Shown here: positions 27,101 through 42,900 of the stretch, piece by piece
Position numbering within the stretch: the stretch's first letter is position 1
Layout: each line of letters begins with the position of its first letter
Assembly: GCF_031769215.1 (NCBI RefSeq)
Contig: NW_026781861.1
Span: 62,001 to 126,000 of the forward strand
Direction: 5' to 3'
Source of the DNA: Ylistrum balloti
Taxonomy: Eukaryota
DNA length: 64,000 nucleotides
Program-made: the position numbers and the translations under genes
Notes under the pieces: generated by a model
The model's input: only the letters and a program-made list of their open reading frames with translations
Told to the model about the DNA's origin: nothing
Database searches by the model: none

Positions 27101-30100
27101 AGTCAGTTTTTTTTTCTCAGAACCAATCAAATTACTTCGCTTGTGTCTTCAATTTTGCCATGCCATGTTCCAAAGGGTGCAAGGAGCTAAAGTTATCGTA
27201 GCCCTTTGAGTATCGAGGATGAACCAAAGAGTTATTGGTAGAAACGAATCTGCAAATGTAACGTGTGTATGTTTACCCAGTCGGTAAAATGTAAAAATAC
27301 CTTGTCCTTGAATCGTATTCGAACTACAGTTGAACCTAGTAAACTCAAACTTTTATAACCCAAAGACCCTGTATAATTCGGAGCATTTCGTTCGTCCCGG
27401 CTAAATGTTACACTAAACATTCGAACTTACTTAAATTATGACCAGTGTGGAGCTTCACATAGGTCATAAGTCTGTTGAAGGTGACCGTGTAGTCATTGAA
27501 ACGTCACACTCTAATCTTCTACTGGCTGTGTTATAAGATGAAGGTGACTGTGTAGTCATCGAAACGTCACACTCTAATCTTCTACTGGTTGTGTTGTAAG
27601 GACTATAAGGCGACCGTGTAGTCATCAAAACGTCACACTCTAATCTTCTACTGGTTTTGTTGTAAGATGAAAGTGACGGTGAAGTCATTGGGACGTCACA
27701 CTCTAATCTTCTACTGGTTGTGTCATAAGATGAAGACGACCGTGTAGTTATCGAAACGTCACACTCTTACCTTCTACAATTTAATCACTGGTCCAGGAAT
27801 ATATGCATAAATACATAAAAAAAGGTTTCAACTTACTTGCTTCCAGCAGAGCCAACACATCGTTGAAGTTCTTCGGACCTTCTTCCTCCAGGAAGAGTTG
27901 TTGGAAGTCGGACAGTGGGTGAGAGGAAATTTCATTTAGTTCCGCTGTATCCTGAAGTCCGAATCCCACCGTAAATATCTGGACACCTTCATCTTCTGCT
28001 CTTTCTGCTGCTGCCCAGGATTGGAATTTATTTTCGCTTTCGTCACTTCCGGTGAGATACAGAATAAAGTTCCTGGCAAAACTTCTGTCACCACTTCGTC
28101 GTTTGAACATCTGAGTGCGGACAATATCGAAAGCCTTCGCCGTATTCGTTGCGCCTGGACGATATTGTATTCGGTCAATTGCCCGCTGTATACTTGCCTG
28201 TGTTTTATAGTTGCTGAGTTGGAACTGAATGTCTGGGTAGGTGCTAAATCGAAGAAGACCCATTCGGAACTTCTCGTTATCTATACTTAACTCTCCAGCT
28301 ACCATTTTGACATAGTCAGTCATCTTGCTGAACACCTCTGGTCTAACTGAAGAATCCATGACAACAACAAGATCGAATGCTTTAGCTGGAGGTGTTGGTC
28401 TCGGAGTTGTTGGTCGCGGAGTTGTTGGTCGCGGAGTTGTTGGTTTCGGAGTTGTTGGTTTCGGAGTTGTTGGTCGCGGAGTTGTTGGTCGCGGAGTTGT
28501 TGGTCTCGGAGTTGCTGTAACATAAAAAATATAGTTATACGACATATCCTGTATATAAATAGTTTGTACGTGACCAGGGTGCAATTATAGTGACGTAAAC
28601 AGTATAGACACAGATATTTATCACATGCCCGTCAATTTAATATCATACTCTGCTACAGAAATCGGGTGCCTCGATATGAAAAGATATCGATATTGTTAAC
28701 AAGTACACAATAAACACATCTCACTATCATATCCTAAAATTCATTGAAGTTCAATATCCAATCAAAGCTTGATGTATTTTAGCGACAAAACATACTTAAT
28801 CGTGAAAAAATATTTTGTCAAAAAAAAAACAACAAAAAATAAACAAAAACAAAAAATGAAAATATTTTAATATCAATAGAATTGCAGAAGGTGTTGGCTG
28901 ATATATGAACGTTGTATATTATCGTATAACGTGGTACAGAACCACTGAAGGACTGTCTGCTAATGGCATTCACATATATCATTATTATAGCCCCGTTTTT
29001 CAACCGAACTCTTCGAAACAGTCAGTTTACGAACACATGTACAGGTAATAAACTTAAGCTTTGCTGTGTTTTGGAGCGTGAACATTGTTTACCAAGATAT
29101 AGATATATACAAGGTGTATGTGATGAAAGGTTTATACTTACTTCTCGGTGGTAAAGTTGATTCTGAAAGAAAATACATTAAAATGATATGAGAGGTATGT
29201 AGAAACTTTTATGATATACGAGTCTGACATTTTTGTAAAACATGCTTTATAGGATGGTGATACAGAAAAAAAAATATCATTTCTTTTTGTACAGTGATAT
29301 GCATACAAATATAAAAGCGGCGATATACCTTTCCCAGGTAATGTGCACAACTGATTATTGAGTGTCATATGAGAATTTGTATATCGGATGTACTGTACGT
29401 CATCAGACAACATGTACAACAGATCTCTCCATGCAATCAAAAAACGTGTACAAAAATATATTCACGTCATCAAAAAACCTGTATATAAGATATATTCACG
29501 TCATCAAAAAACGTGTACATAAGATATATTCACGTCATCAAGGACGTGTACATAAGATCTATTCACGTCATCAAGGACGTGTACATAAGATCTATTCACG
29601 TCATCAAAAACGTGTACATAAGATATATTCACGTCATCAAAAATATATTCTATTCATCTGCTTCATGGACGACACCCGTCATGTAAATATTGCTCATTCC
29701 AAGTAAGTGATGTCACGTTCTCAAATTTGAACAAGGTATACGACATCGAATCCCACCCCCCCCCCCCCCAAACCCCCTCGTAAAAAAATGAATGACACTT
29801 TTACACATAATGACAACCAATTATATACATATGAAAGTGCCTGTCGGAAAAAAATACACTGTCATTCTATATATGATATATAAGAAAAATTCAGAGAACC
29901 TATCAAATGATTTTTAGACTATTAGGATTTTAAAGTTAATTTATTAGAATAGGATAACGTCACTGCTAAAGGGTAATGCATTAATTCACACACACATTTA
30001 TGTATTATAGATATGGGATGTGATGTACTATATGGAAACATTCAAAATTAAACAGACAATACCATTTAATTAAAGTATGGGTGTATATTAAGATATGAAT

Positions 30101-33100
30101 ACCGTTTTATAAGATATGACGCTGAGCAATATTATCAAAGATTAAGTCATAAAACATCTTTATCCTAAACTGTTTTTGCAGTTTAGAGATCAATGTAGGA
30201 TATCAGATAATGAACATTTCGGGAAACTTGTATTATATTCCCAAGTCTGGAAAAGTAAATTAAAACCATACATTCATTGACCTGCAGAACTATTTCTGAT
30301 ATTCTGTAGTGAAAATGAAGAGATATCCGATACAGGTTACAGTTAATAAACACTAAAACGAGATATTTATAAAAGTTCCACGAATATGCTTCCTGCAGGT
30401 GGCCATGGGTGATTATATCCTCACGCAATCATACAACATTATTTTCATCATTAATGCACACATGTACTTATTTACATGAGGCTGAAACACGTAACATGAT
30501 GATCATCTATTTGCCACGTAATTTAGAAAGTATCTATATTTATAACATCATAAAACAGGTAGAATTTTTACTATTATCTCATTTGATAATTACCTCGGGA
30601 CACTCTATTTTAACATCTAGATTGGCTCTATCAAAATAACATACTCCAACAGTGTTTACCTCAGTATTATCGCCCGATCGGTCTAGCGAGATATATGATG
30701 ATGTGTAAAGCCTAGCGAGAAATGTGTAGCGAAATGTGATCACCGAATCCATAGCGAAAATTATTCTAAAATTAATAACAAAGACTTCAACAAAGTCTAG
30801 GCGAAAATTAACACGATGTTGCGCCAGCTGTTCCTCTGTCTTCAGTTTCTTTGTACTGTTTATCTCTTTGACTTCGCGGAAACTTTATTTCGTGGTGTTC
30901 AGAAATATTATTCACGAAGGCTGATCAAGAAATTACTTTAAATGTGCGAATGATGAACTGTTAAAGACATGGACTCTGCAAGAATCCGATATAGGTAGCC
31001 GAGTCAAAATGGATGCCATCCAGAATTATTTAAGTATTAATGATAGCGAGGAATTTGAATTCCGATTGACTTTTCATGCGTATTGACGCGAAGATAAACC
31101 CCCGCGAAATTTCAGACATTTTACCGATTCTTATTTTGAAAAAACGGACAACTAGGCAACATTTAGTAGTTGTTATGAATGACTCATAATGAAATGATTT
31201 AATCGTTTCACACAGGTTTATACAAATTCATTTATACAAATCTCACCAAAATCTTTGCAACCGATGTGTAGAAGGTTGTTTTGATATTACAGAGTACGTA
31301 AACTACCAGCATTGTGATTTCTGTTAAGGTTTGTATATATGAATTATAGAAATTTAAACTAATATTATTTCATAGGTCTTACGCTGTATAAAATAGACGT
31401 TTAAATAAATATATATATATCAGAGAAGATTTAATATCATTTTATCTCTGGTGCAATATTGCAACAATAAAATTATATATTTTCCCATGACTAGTCTATC
31501 TTCAGTTAAACAAAAGTTGATATTTATTTGATCACGTGGTCGGATACCTCTGCTCTCCTCATTAGGACGTCTGGTTATACTAGCATCTGTAGGACGTTCT
31601 GTAGGTACTGGCGTTCCTTCAAAGACACATATGACGTCACAGTACGTGGAGGACAAATAAACAGTGTCAGAAAAAAACAAGACAATTTAGTACAAAGAAA
31701 ACACTTAGTGATTATACAGTGCCAAGCATACATTCATTAACCATACGTTATTCACTTTTACCAATATTTGGTCAATTTCCAATTAAATGAATTTGAGTAA
31801 ATATTTGTTCGGTATTTAAACATACTTTTTTTCTTAAAAAGTGAGTAACAACGGTTGTGCTGATGAATAAAAACAAAACAAATACACTCCGGTCATGTTG
31901 TGATACTTGTATAAAAAAAACGCGCATCTATTTTGAAGAATTTCTGAACAATGAAAGCAAATCATAAAGATTCTAGCATCTTTTACTGCCATCAAAGAAG
32001 CACGATGAAATCTTTCTGCTTGTTTATCTAATTTGAATATATAATAATTTTATAGCCGTCGCTGTTTTTCTGTTGTTGTTTATTATTCAGAACATCGAGA
32101 AAATATCAACAGGTCAACACAATCATAATCCGAACTCTAATTACATAAAACTAGGGCAAAATATGAACAAAAGAAAGATTAAAAGAAGAATTTGACCATG
32201 TGCTTCAGATACGTAAGCGTCTTCTGCTTCATCGACGACACCCGCCATGTAAATCTTGGTCAATCCAAGTAAGTAATATTACGTTCTCAAATGAGAACAA
32301 GGTATACAACACCGGAACCAATAGGCAACCTATTGGGCATCAAACGAGAAGCGTGACACTGTCAAAGTCCTAGCTTTTTATCACATTATAGAATATATAG
32401 ACAGTTTTATCTGCATTGCAACCCTCAAGGAGCAACAGTTAATAAAAAAAATAACAGGACGGCTATTTCATTGATTAATGTTTCGGACATGTTAGAAATT
32501 ATTTTATAGAAACATGAAATCCAGGAGAAATTTGATCTTAGCCTGGTACCTCTGTCACCATCCGTTGAAGAAACAGATGGTCGAGCGGTAGAACGTTCCG
32601 ACGGAAGTGTAGGGCGTCTGGTAGGATAATGGGGTCGTCGCGTCGACATCGGATATTTAGATGGGCGAGTCGGAGGATACCGTGGACGTGCTGTTTGTTC
32701 ATTTAATGACACAAATGACATCACAGGCAGTGAAGGACACACAAAAGGACATCACAGTGCCGTGGGTGCAAAGTGGAAACAAAACAATCAGTGAAATATT
32801 GAATAATTAAAAAGATATAAAACATTAATGTCAATGCAATTTTTAATGCATCCGAACCTCGTTATCTCGAACTTGTATTACTCGAAGACCTCGTTCAACA
32901 ATAAACATTTCGTAGGTCCCTGCCTAGCTTTACACAAAACATTCGAACTCACTTAGATTGAATATTCGGTTATCTTGAAGCTTTCCCATTGTCCCGCCGA
33001 ATTCGAGATACCGAGGTCCGACTTGATGCAAAACACATCTAACATAAAATAACATACAGAAATATTTTGCGTTTACCCATAAAACAGGATTGATTTTGAT

Positions 33101-36100
33101 AATTTCAAATCAAAATAAATATTGGTACTCGGTTTGGTAAACATATTATTGAAAAGTTCTGATTAATATTTTTAAAAGTTAATTTATATTGTTTTCGGTA
33201 TTTAATCAGAATATAACAATAGGAATCACCGTAAATCTGGTATTTTTCTTTAAGCTTTCAACACGACATTTAGCGATTGTAAATAAAGATAAGTGACATC
33301 ATTATTGATTGACAAACATGTATCATAAGAAACTTCATGTTTAGATAAGCGTCAAAGCATCTTTTTTATTTTCTTTACATGAAAACAATCTGAATATTAC
33401 AAGAATAAAATTGCACAAATGAGCTAAAATTACAAAATTTTGTAGACAGTTTTCATTATTCATTTATGTATTATAATGCGTGATGAGATAACTTTTCAAA
33501 CTGGCATTTACAGCAAATGTTATATATGTTCTAATTGCAATATACTTAGAAAGAATGTCTGGTGTAGACAGAATTAGAAGAGCTTTCATGAGTTAATTAT
33601 AAACATGACTGACGACTTTATGACAACAACCTGAGCGGTAGTCATGGTCTGATAATTAGTTTTCATATTTTACAAAACGTATTATCAGAAATCGTGAAAA
33701 GTTTAATTTGAGAAAATCCGTTTTTAGTTACCCGCTTTTTTTGCATTTCAGATTTGTCTTTGGTGGTTTCGACAGTGTCGAACAAACAATTAATTAATGC
33801 ATTTGTATGTTGTTGAGAGAGTGACCCTAAAGCTTACACATTACAGTGACAGTCTTATCGATACAAACTCTACAAAGAACAACAGAATACACTGGATCTT
33901 ACAATTATCTACAAAGATGAAAGATAACTACGTATACAGAAATATATATAAACAGTAACATATACAAAAATAACACTAAAAATTACTTCTTAATTACCCC
34001 CAGTTGATTTCGTTATCATTTGTGGTACAATGCTGTATTCTGATGTTATTTTATGAAGACAGATTGGTAAAGAAGATGCATGAAAAATGAAGTTACCAGA
34101 TAGGTAAGCGAACGCATAAAAAACTATAAGTAATAAAGTGCGCGGTACAGTTAATAATGATTGAACACCGCGTGACTGAAGTACGCGCAGTCTTGCAGCT
34201 GTGATTGATATACCTGTAGTAGTAGGCGCTCTTGTTGGTGCAGCAGTTGGTTGGGGCGTGGTTGGTTTGGGTGTGGTTGGTGTGGGCGTGGTTGCTTTCG
34301 CTGAACACATTCAACACAGATGTGACACGCACATTGAAAGACGGACACACAGAGATGAAGTGAAACAAAATACTATTAAATATTATGAATCATATAGGGT
34401 GGCTAATGATAAAATTCAATGAAAACCATATTACCACAGAAATACTGCATAATTCGTTTGTTAAAGAATGTGATATTTATCTAATACTGTCTAGTAGTTT
34501 AATCATATTGTAACGTCTAAATGAGTTTAACATGTTTATGATAAAATTAATTGACCATCAACGAACATTTCGCCAAGCTTCATGTTAAAGCCATACAACA
34601 GTAACAAAATTTAAATAGATTTCTTAGAAAGAAATTGATTAAGTTTTTGACACTTCATCGATTCGTTTGCTTTGTTCTAAAATTCATCACATCATCGGAA
34701 GGCTAGATTGTATAAATGGCCGGGTACTATTGTACTGATATTGTGTAGAAAAGCACAACATGTACCTGTGGTTGTTGATCTTCTCGTAGGAAGCGTTCGC
34801 TCTGCTAAATGAACGATAAAGAGCAGACTTGTTACTTAAGAGAAACGCATTGGATTTAATTCGAATTCTCAAAGTAAACGATCTCATGTATGTAGACATT
34901 TTCTAAAACTTGTTCTGTGATTTTTGCACTTTAATTTTTTCACTATGATTTTGTGTGTTTGGTTTTATATATAATTATATTAAAAAAAAAAAAAAAAAGA
35001 TTTTATAACACAAGGAAATGCCTGGAGATGTAGATCGCCACTTTCAGTGAAAACCAAAAAAATCTTATCTACATATTTTTTCTAAATTATCAAATATTTG
35101 CCAAAAATGTATGAAAAAAACAATTTTCAAAATTGATGACGTGATTAAAATCATCACTGATAAGAAAGATAGATCTTGAACATAGAAATGCGTATCAAAT
35201 TCGATAAAACGTTTACATCGAGAGGGAAATGTCTTTTATTATATATTATCTATCTATTAATAATGAACGATATTGAAATCGATATCAGGTTTCCGAAAAC
35301 GAGGCAATGAAGCGATATGATGTAGAACAAGAACAAGCTAATATCTAAAGTCCACTGACCTAGTAAAATGACTTTGTTCGAATTTTGTTATCCGTTAAGA
35401 TAGGAAGTTATTTGTACAAGTTTTTGACTAGAAAAGAACGAACTCAGCACGAAGACAAAACAACATAACAGACATGAAGAACTGAATATCACAAAAAAGA
35501 TCACGATAAACAGGCAATGAATTGAATTTAAATGTCTTTCTGAATCTTGGTTTACAACTGGAATGATGCAATGTTGCATTATTTGTACTAACTTGATAAA
35601 ACAACTAAACATTTTGTGTCACACCTATTTTTGCTTGATGTTGATAGATGATAGACAGTATCAACATCCCAAGGAATAGCGTCATGTATTGTAAGTACAT
35701 AAGTAGATACATATATAGGTACTCCACAATATACGTATACTGAAACAATGGATTCAACAATTAGCAAACACACCAATAATTTTGTTACATATAATAGTAA
35801 ACAAACGTGGGAAATACGTGATGTCTATTTTTTATATTTGATTGTAAAGAGCAACAACAACGTATGGTTAACTTGATAAGGAAGTGAGTGGACCGTGGCG
35901 ACATATGTATTCTAATACTGAAGTTATGCTTGATTGTCAAACAAAAAAAAAAAAAAAAAAAAAAAAAACAATGCCAGATCTGGAAAGTTAATACTTTTGT
36001 TAATACAAAATATGTCTTCAGCTCTCGCTGGAAAAAATACAATGCTGTTTGAAGGGTGAATAAAGATATACCTAGTAAATCTGACGTAAAGAAATGACTA

Positions 36101-39100
36101 TTACGAAATCTGCATTCAGTTGTCAATTTTGGGAATTGACGTTTCGTTTTTTATTATAATAAGAGCATACAGTAATTAATTGTATATCATGGCCACTATA
36201 TATGTTCACATATAGAAATCTCAATATTTACACGTAACAGTCAGTAAGTTAAGTGCAAGCATGCATATGTTGTGCAAAACGAAAGTACTGTTTGATTGAC
36301 ATCAAACTGATACTTACATATCAAAGAGATAACGTAAGCGTTTACATAATAAACAAAACAATCTGTAGAAATGAAGGATGCTCCCTGAACGCTAGTTCAA
36401 AAAGTTCTAATTTTGACAAAAATTAAATATGAAAAATAAGAAAGGGCAATAACTCCTAAATTATACAAAAGAGAGCAATTTTTTTTGTACATTGCCCAAT
36501 TATCTCCCTACCGATATTTAATTTTTATTGACGGCGGAATGAATGTACAATGTGGCGACTATATACTCGCCTTCGGGAAGCATAATAAAAACCAATGGTC
36601 AACAATTACACATCAGATTGTGTACAATTAGTCGATGTAATGATGGATTGAAATAAAACTAACCTGGACATAGGGACTTGAATACTTTCTTCTCAAATCC
36701 TTCCAGTTCGTCAAAGCTGTTAACGACGAAGCTGTTGCTGGAGGCCGGCGGGGTTGCAATTGCGAAAAGTTCGGTTGTGTCCAGCAGTCCGATACCAACG
36801 GTGTAGACAAAGATTCCGTCCCCATGGGCTGACTCAGCTTCCGGTATTGTTCGGCGGGAGTTGATGTTCGATACGCCGTCAGTGATGACGATAGCGATGT
36901 TCATGACGTCAGGTCGGTCACCATTTGCAGAGGTGAACATTTCCTGTCTCATCGTACGGAGGCCATCAGCGGTATTTGTGCTGCCATATGTATATTGAAT
37001 GTTGTCAATAGCTTCGAACATACTGGCCCGTGTGTTAAAGGAGTTGAGTTGAAACTGAATCTCGACACCTGTGCTGTAGATGAGAATACCAGCTCGTACA
37101 GCACCCGAATCAATATCTGTGTTGGACAGAAGTTGTTTGACAAAGTTGATCTGTTTCTGGAAGTTATCTACACCTACACTTGTTGATGAGTCGATGACGA
37201 AGACGATGTCCACACGAGCAAGACCACATCCACCTGAATTATTGCGAAATTATTCATAAAATCTACTTTCATATTGATTCTTTTCTACCAAGAAAACAAT
37301 TAAAAATATTGGTCCAGTATATACGCATATCGATTTTACCTAAAAAGACAAGGAAATAGGTATTACAGATATATAAACGAATTCAATTTGTTTTAGTTTA
37401 TGTTTGTTTGACTACAAAATGAATAAAAAAGTTATCAATTATTTCATCATGAACTTTATCAATTAGACATATTATTGATAAAGGTTCGCTATATACAGAG
37501 GTGTAGTACTTGTATACATGTGACGTCACATATAAACTTACTAGCTGTCGGAGTAGGAGTTGGAATGGGCGGTTCTGGTACGACAAAGAAAACTCGTCAT
37601 ATCATATCAATGTAAAGATAGATTATCATTTTGAATGAAATATACATTTTTGCTACATTTTATGTCAATTTTGAAAATATGATATTCAATGGAAAAAAAG
37701 ATTAAACTTTATTTCAGCAATTTAAAAAACATCGTTTTAACTTTTTTTGGTGTGAAAATTCATGCACACAATTACATTGATCCATTATTCATAGTTATCT
37801 GAATATCATTTACTTTATTATGTAAGTCAGTATAATTGTTATAACGGTATATGTGTTACAAGTGCAGTTTAACTATTGCGGGTGAGGTATGTTAGGCACA
37901 GAGGAATGATTCGTATATTCAACATAGAATGGTATCAACGCTTTTGTAAAGCATACATTTAACATAGAAAGACGAACAAATCGATGAGATGGTAAACAGT
38001 TTACACGACAAAGGATGATTACAAATTTTTTACAAGTAGTGGAAACGGCACATCGATCTTAATGTAAAACAAATAACAAACCTTGTTATCGTTATAATTG
38101 ACAAAACAAACACAGAACATTAACCGAGGTGATGATACAGAAACTCCCCTTCAAAATACAATACATGATAGCTCCGTCCTAAAAGACATAAAATGGCGTT
38201 CGAACTTGATATATATATATATATATACACAAGAATTATTTAACCAATAGAATATGGTAAATATAAGTTATAAACATGAAAATCGTAAAACCCTGTTTAA
38301 AAGAATGTAATTCACATAAAAGTTACCTGAAAAGAAAAATATTACAGTTCATATTTTTAAAATTTTCATTTCCAATGATGATTGCCATTGTACTTGGGCA
38401 GTTTTTTAAAACAATTTCTAGAATTTATATAACCAGACACTGATTCTATATATCACGTTGAAACTACATATATCTAAATATCCTTTCCTGGTCTCCACTA
38501 ATATCTTCTCTGCATTAACGTATTCAATTCAATTCCAAAATAACACGCTTCGGTTGCGAAAATACGCGCACACTTCCAACCGCGATGTAATACATAAAAA
38601 AAACCGATATTCGGTCCCAAGCAGAGGAGGTTCATATCCTCGGAACATTTCTGTGGATTAATACACCAACATAAACATGTAAACAGGGAAACAAAACATC
38701 ATTTGTTATCAATCATGCGTGCTATGAATCGGATGACGGATAAAACACTTTCTATAATTCAAAGGGTTATCATATGTAAATCGACACAAATGTTAAACAT
38801 TCAAACTAAACATTGTTCCTGAAATGAAAGGATAGGACTTGAGGAATATCCATGTACAGATGCAATTAAGTTTGATGACATAATGTTCCAACATTTACAC
38901 ACAACATATGTTACCAATAAACGTTTAATTATCGCAAAGTCATGATCAACACATGGTTGCTAAGGGGATATGAAGCGTAACTAAGGGAAACTAATACAAT
39001 AGATAAGAAATCTCAATGGCATTTTATACAATTTTTCTAAATAATCATTGATATATATTATAAATATATATTGATAAATCAATATAAAGAAAATATAAAC

Positions 39101-39710
39101 ATAAAAAACATGTATGTATTATACATATGTTTCAAGCATAAAGCTATTACAAGAATACGTCACATGATGCACGTGAAGTTTGCGACGTAAACGCAACATT
39201 AACGTTCCTTTCGAAAACATTTCTATTACACAAAGAAAACAATTTGGACGCAATAAACATATTACTGTCTACAATGGTTCATTCAAATTGTAAATCGATA
39301 TGTAAGGTAGTATTATAGATAGGCAGATTTGTCAGGATGTAAGCATTCCAGACGTAATGAAAACCATACGAGGCACCTGTACATTAATACACAGAAAACA
39401 ATAAACATGACTGAATGCAATCAACATAGAACACCTGTACACAAATACACAACAGGGGAAGACAAAAAATGTGGTGAGCTGCAACCCACATTTGATCTGA
39501 CCTCTGACCTCATTCACCACGTTACCTGTTTCTATCGCAGTTGATGTACCAATAGTTGTGGTTGTGGACGGACTCGTAGTTGTTGTCATGGTAGCAGTAG
39601 TGGTAGTAGTAGTGGTAGCAGTAGTAGTACGTACACGTGTGGACACTATTAGCACACAGAACAATTCATATGTACGGGACATTATTGACGTTACACGTGT
39701 GGCAAATGTT

Positions 39711-39764
<54 letters not shown>

Positions 39765-39881
39765 CACACACAGAGAGACAGAGAGAGACAGAGAGAGACA
39801 GAACACACAAACACACATACAAACAGAACACACGCATACAGACTGAACACACACGCACACATACACACACTTATACACACA

Positions 39882-39934
<53 letters not shown>

Positions 39935-42900
39935 CACATATATATTTGATTTAAAACATTTAGCATAATATACAATATACAATTTATCAGTCACAATATG
40001 TGATCACGATTCTGACACATCAACAGAAAGTGATTTACGTGTACAGAACGCATTTACGCGTGCCAGTGTATAACATGTGCATGATAACGTATCCATTCCA
40101 AACATTTAACACAACGATTAAACCTCATAGGACCACATGATTGAGCATTCCAAAGTTAGTATCATTCATTCGAAATCTACACTTTGTGGATTCATTCTAT
40201 GTTAATATATTTCCACCTAACAAAGCACTTAGTTTAGAACCTTTACTGAGAACAAAAGAGATAATAATGCGATTTGATCATAAATCAGATAAAATAAATT
40301 CACATCTGCATAAATAAAAATGTAAGGTCTGTAGCTATAAATACCTGGACATATCGACGAAAATATTTGTTCGTCAAGTCCCTGGAGATCTTCAAAACTT
40401 TGAACATTGAAAACATTATCTTCTGGGGGTTCTGAAGCCATTTCCTCTAACTCCCTCGTGTCAACAAGACCGATACCAACAACATACACATGAATTCCCT
40501 CGTCCCTGGCCAGCACAGCTTCAGGGATAGTCCTCTGGGAGTTGATGTTCGACACGCCGTCCGTGATGATAATAGCCACGTTTTTCACGTCTGGTCTGTC
40601 TCCGTTTCCATACGTAAACATATCCGATCGCATAACTTTAATACCGTCTGCCGTGTTTGTGCTTCCATACTGGTATTCGATGTCATCTATAGCAGCATTG
40701 ACTTCCGCTTTGGTTGAAAAGCTGTTTAGTTGGAATTGGACGTTTACTTCGCTGCTATATAACAGTACACCGACCCGTACACTCCCGCTATCTATATCGG
40801 CGTCTTTGACGAAGGATTTTAAGAAATTGAGAGTTTTGCCAAAGTTTTCCACACCAACGCTTGTGGAAGAATCCACCAGGAAGACTAAATCCACATCTGA
40901 CAGTCCGCATGATGACGGCGCTGAAACAATGCAGAAATAATGCAGTATAACTCAACTTGATAGGAGTATTCACGTACAAAGAAACTTTTTCCAATGCCGT
41001 ATTTCATCTTAAGACGTTACGTTGTTGTGTCATCAGTAGGGCAGAAAACACTTAACTTTTAGAAAACCTTTTCCCATCTTCTTTAACCTAAATTAAATGA
41101 TTTCAGTGTTTATTTATTACAAGTAACACTTTTATTGAGTCCTACGAAACGACAGATAAGTGATGGTATTGTTATATACATCGTCAGATTCAACTTTATT
41201 TTCATATATAATGTTTTTACATATTCTATATCAATGATCTTTGCAGGATAAATGCTTGCCTTGCATTTGGAAATCCAAAGAATATCAAACACTTACATAA
41301 AGTTATCCCGTTAGAATAATCAAACTAAGTGCATTTATTATAATTGTCTTCAAAAATAAATAAATAGGTGGTATTTTTTGCGAGTCAAAATGTTCGAGTT
41401 TTTCTTTTAAAACTATCGAATTATAACTGACCTAAATACAATTCACTTTCTGGATGTAAAATGACATACTATATACATAGGTAGCTCATTATCTCACGAA
41501 CTAAAAGTTCGTTATCATTTTAATGTACCGCGAAACAGCGAAAATATTATCCCCGCGAAAATAACTGGCTATACGGTGATTGAGTAGATAAGTAAATACA
41601 ACCCTTAAATATTGTCATCACAGGTGGATATAGAAAATAATGGAAGCTACTTGAGATATTTCTACCTTTTCATTCACAATGTACACGAAATGAGTAGCGG
41701 CCATCTCGAACAATTATATCAGCTAGGGAATTGAAATTCAGATTACTTTGTATCAGTCGTGTTTTTATGTGATAACCGGCTCAGATTTCACCTGGAGCGT
41801 GTGAAGCTATTTCCTATATGATATCAGTTCATTTTACTCTGGGTTGTTCATTCTATGCAGACCAGACGACAGGTGTATAGAACATGACCTGTTCATACTG
41901 AATATCTGATGACAATACACGAGCTCTGTTTACAATTCACATTCACAATACAGAATTTAAACCCGTAACATTTTCTTTTACATTCTGATCATCTCGAATT
42001 TACAAAATGTTTGTTACTCGCTGTAAATGTAGATTACACAATTAAACAAACATTTAAATTTCACTTGAAAAGTCACTGGCTGTTGATAAAAAATATCGAA
42101 ATTTTCTATATTGTTTGTCCTAAAGTTGAAGTAGAATTCTGCGGTGTACGATTACAATCACCTGTTAACGTCTTACAAAGATTGATAAAAACAGAGAAAT
42201 TCTCATGTACAATGTATCGATATAAAGCTCCTTTAATCCAAACATAACCTTACCTTAACCTCCCCACGTCGATAAAAAAATATAAAAAATAATAAATTCC
42301 AGACGTTTCGTATGAATTGATAACGACGCTATTTACTTAGGCCTAAAATAAACGTTAATGCTTTGTATTACAAATAATCCCGTATTAGGTAAATATGACA
42401 CAGTTACACAACGGTATTTATTTAACAAGAGTGATGTAGGTAGAATACTTAAGCAGGAAAACAAGAAGAATATTAAACAGGATCAAAGTGATTGTGTTCT
42501 CGTGCTGTTATGAACTGCTATCCCCATATATACATTTGTCAAATTCATTCTGACAATTTTCCAAATCAAGGCATTTTTGCTTTATACGAACTACTGTAAA
42601 CTGCGAAACTTTCGTCAATTGTGTCATCATGACATTTCTATATATGCAAAACTTCGTTCGTTTCGCTCCCTTGATATTTGTACATGAACAAATATTTGTT
42701 CATGTGGAAACTGTCGTCCGTTTCTCTCTTTTGATATTTGTGTACAGAGAAACTGTCGTCCGTTTCTCTCTTTTGATATTTGTGTACAGAGAAACTGTCG
42801 TCCGTTTCTCTCTTTTGATATTTGTGTACAGAGAAACTGTCGTCCGTTTCTCTCTTTTGATATTTGTGTACAGAGAAACTGTCGTACGTTTCTCTCTTTT

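Noticed and set aside
39332-39994. 220-aa ORF with a hydrophobic start and CV/SL repeats
   Set aside because: Mostly microsatellite read-through. Only 39526-39645 has splice signals.
40490-40940. Plus-strand ORFs antisense to VWA exons (also 5560-5892, 15839-16213, 54479-54910, 59445-59837)
   Set aside because: Shadow ORFs of GC-richer coding exons with no independent features.
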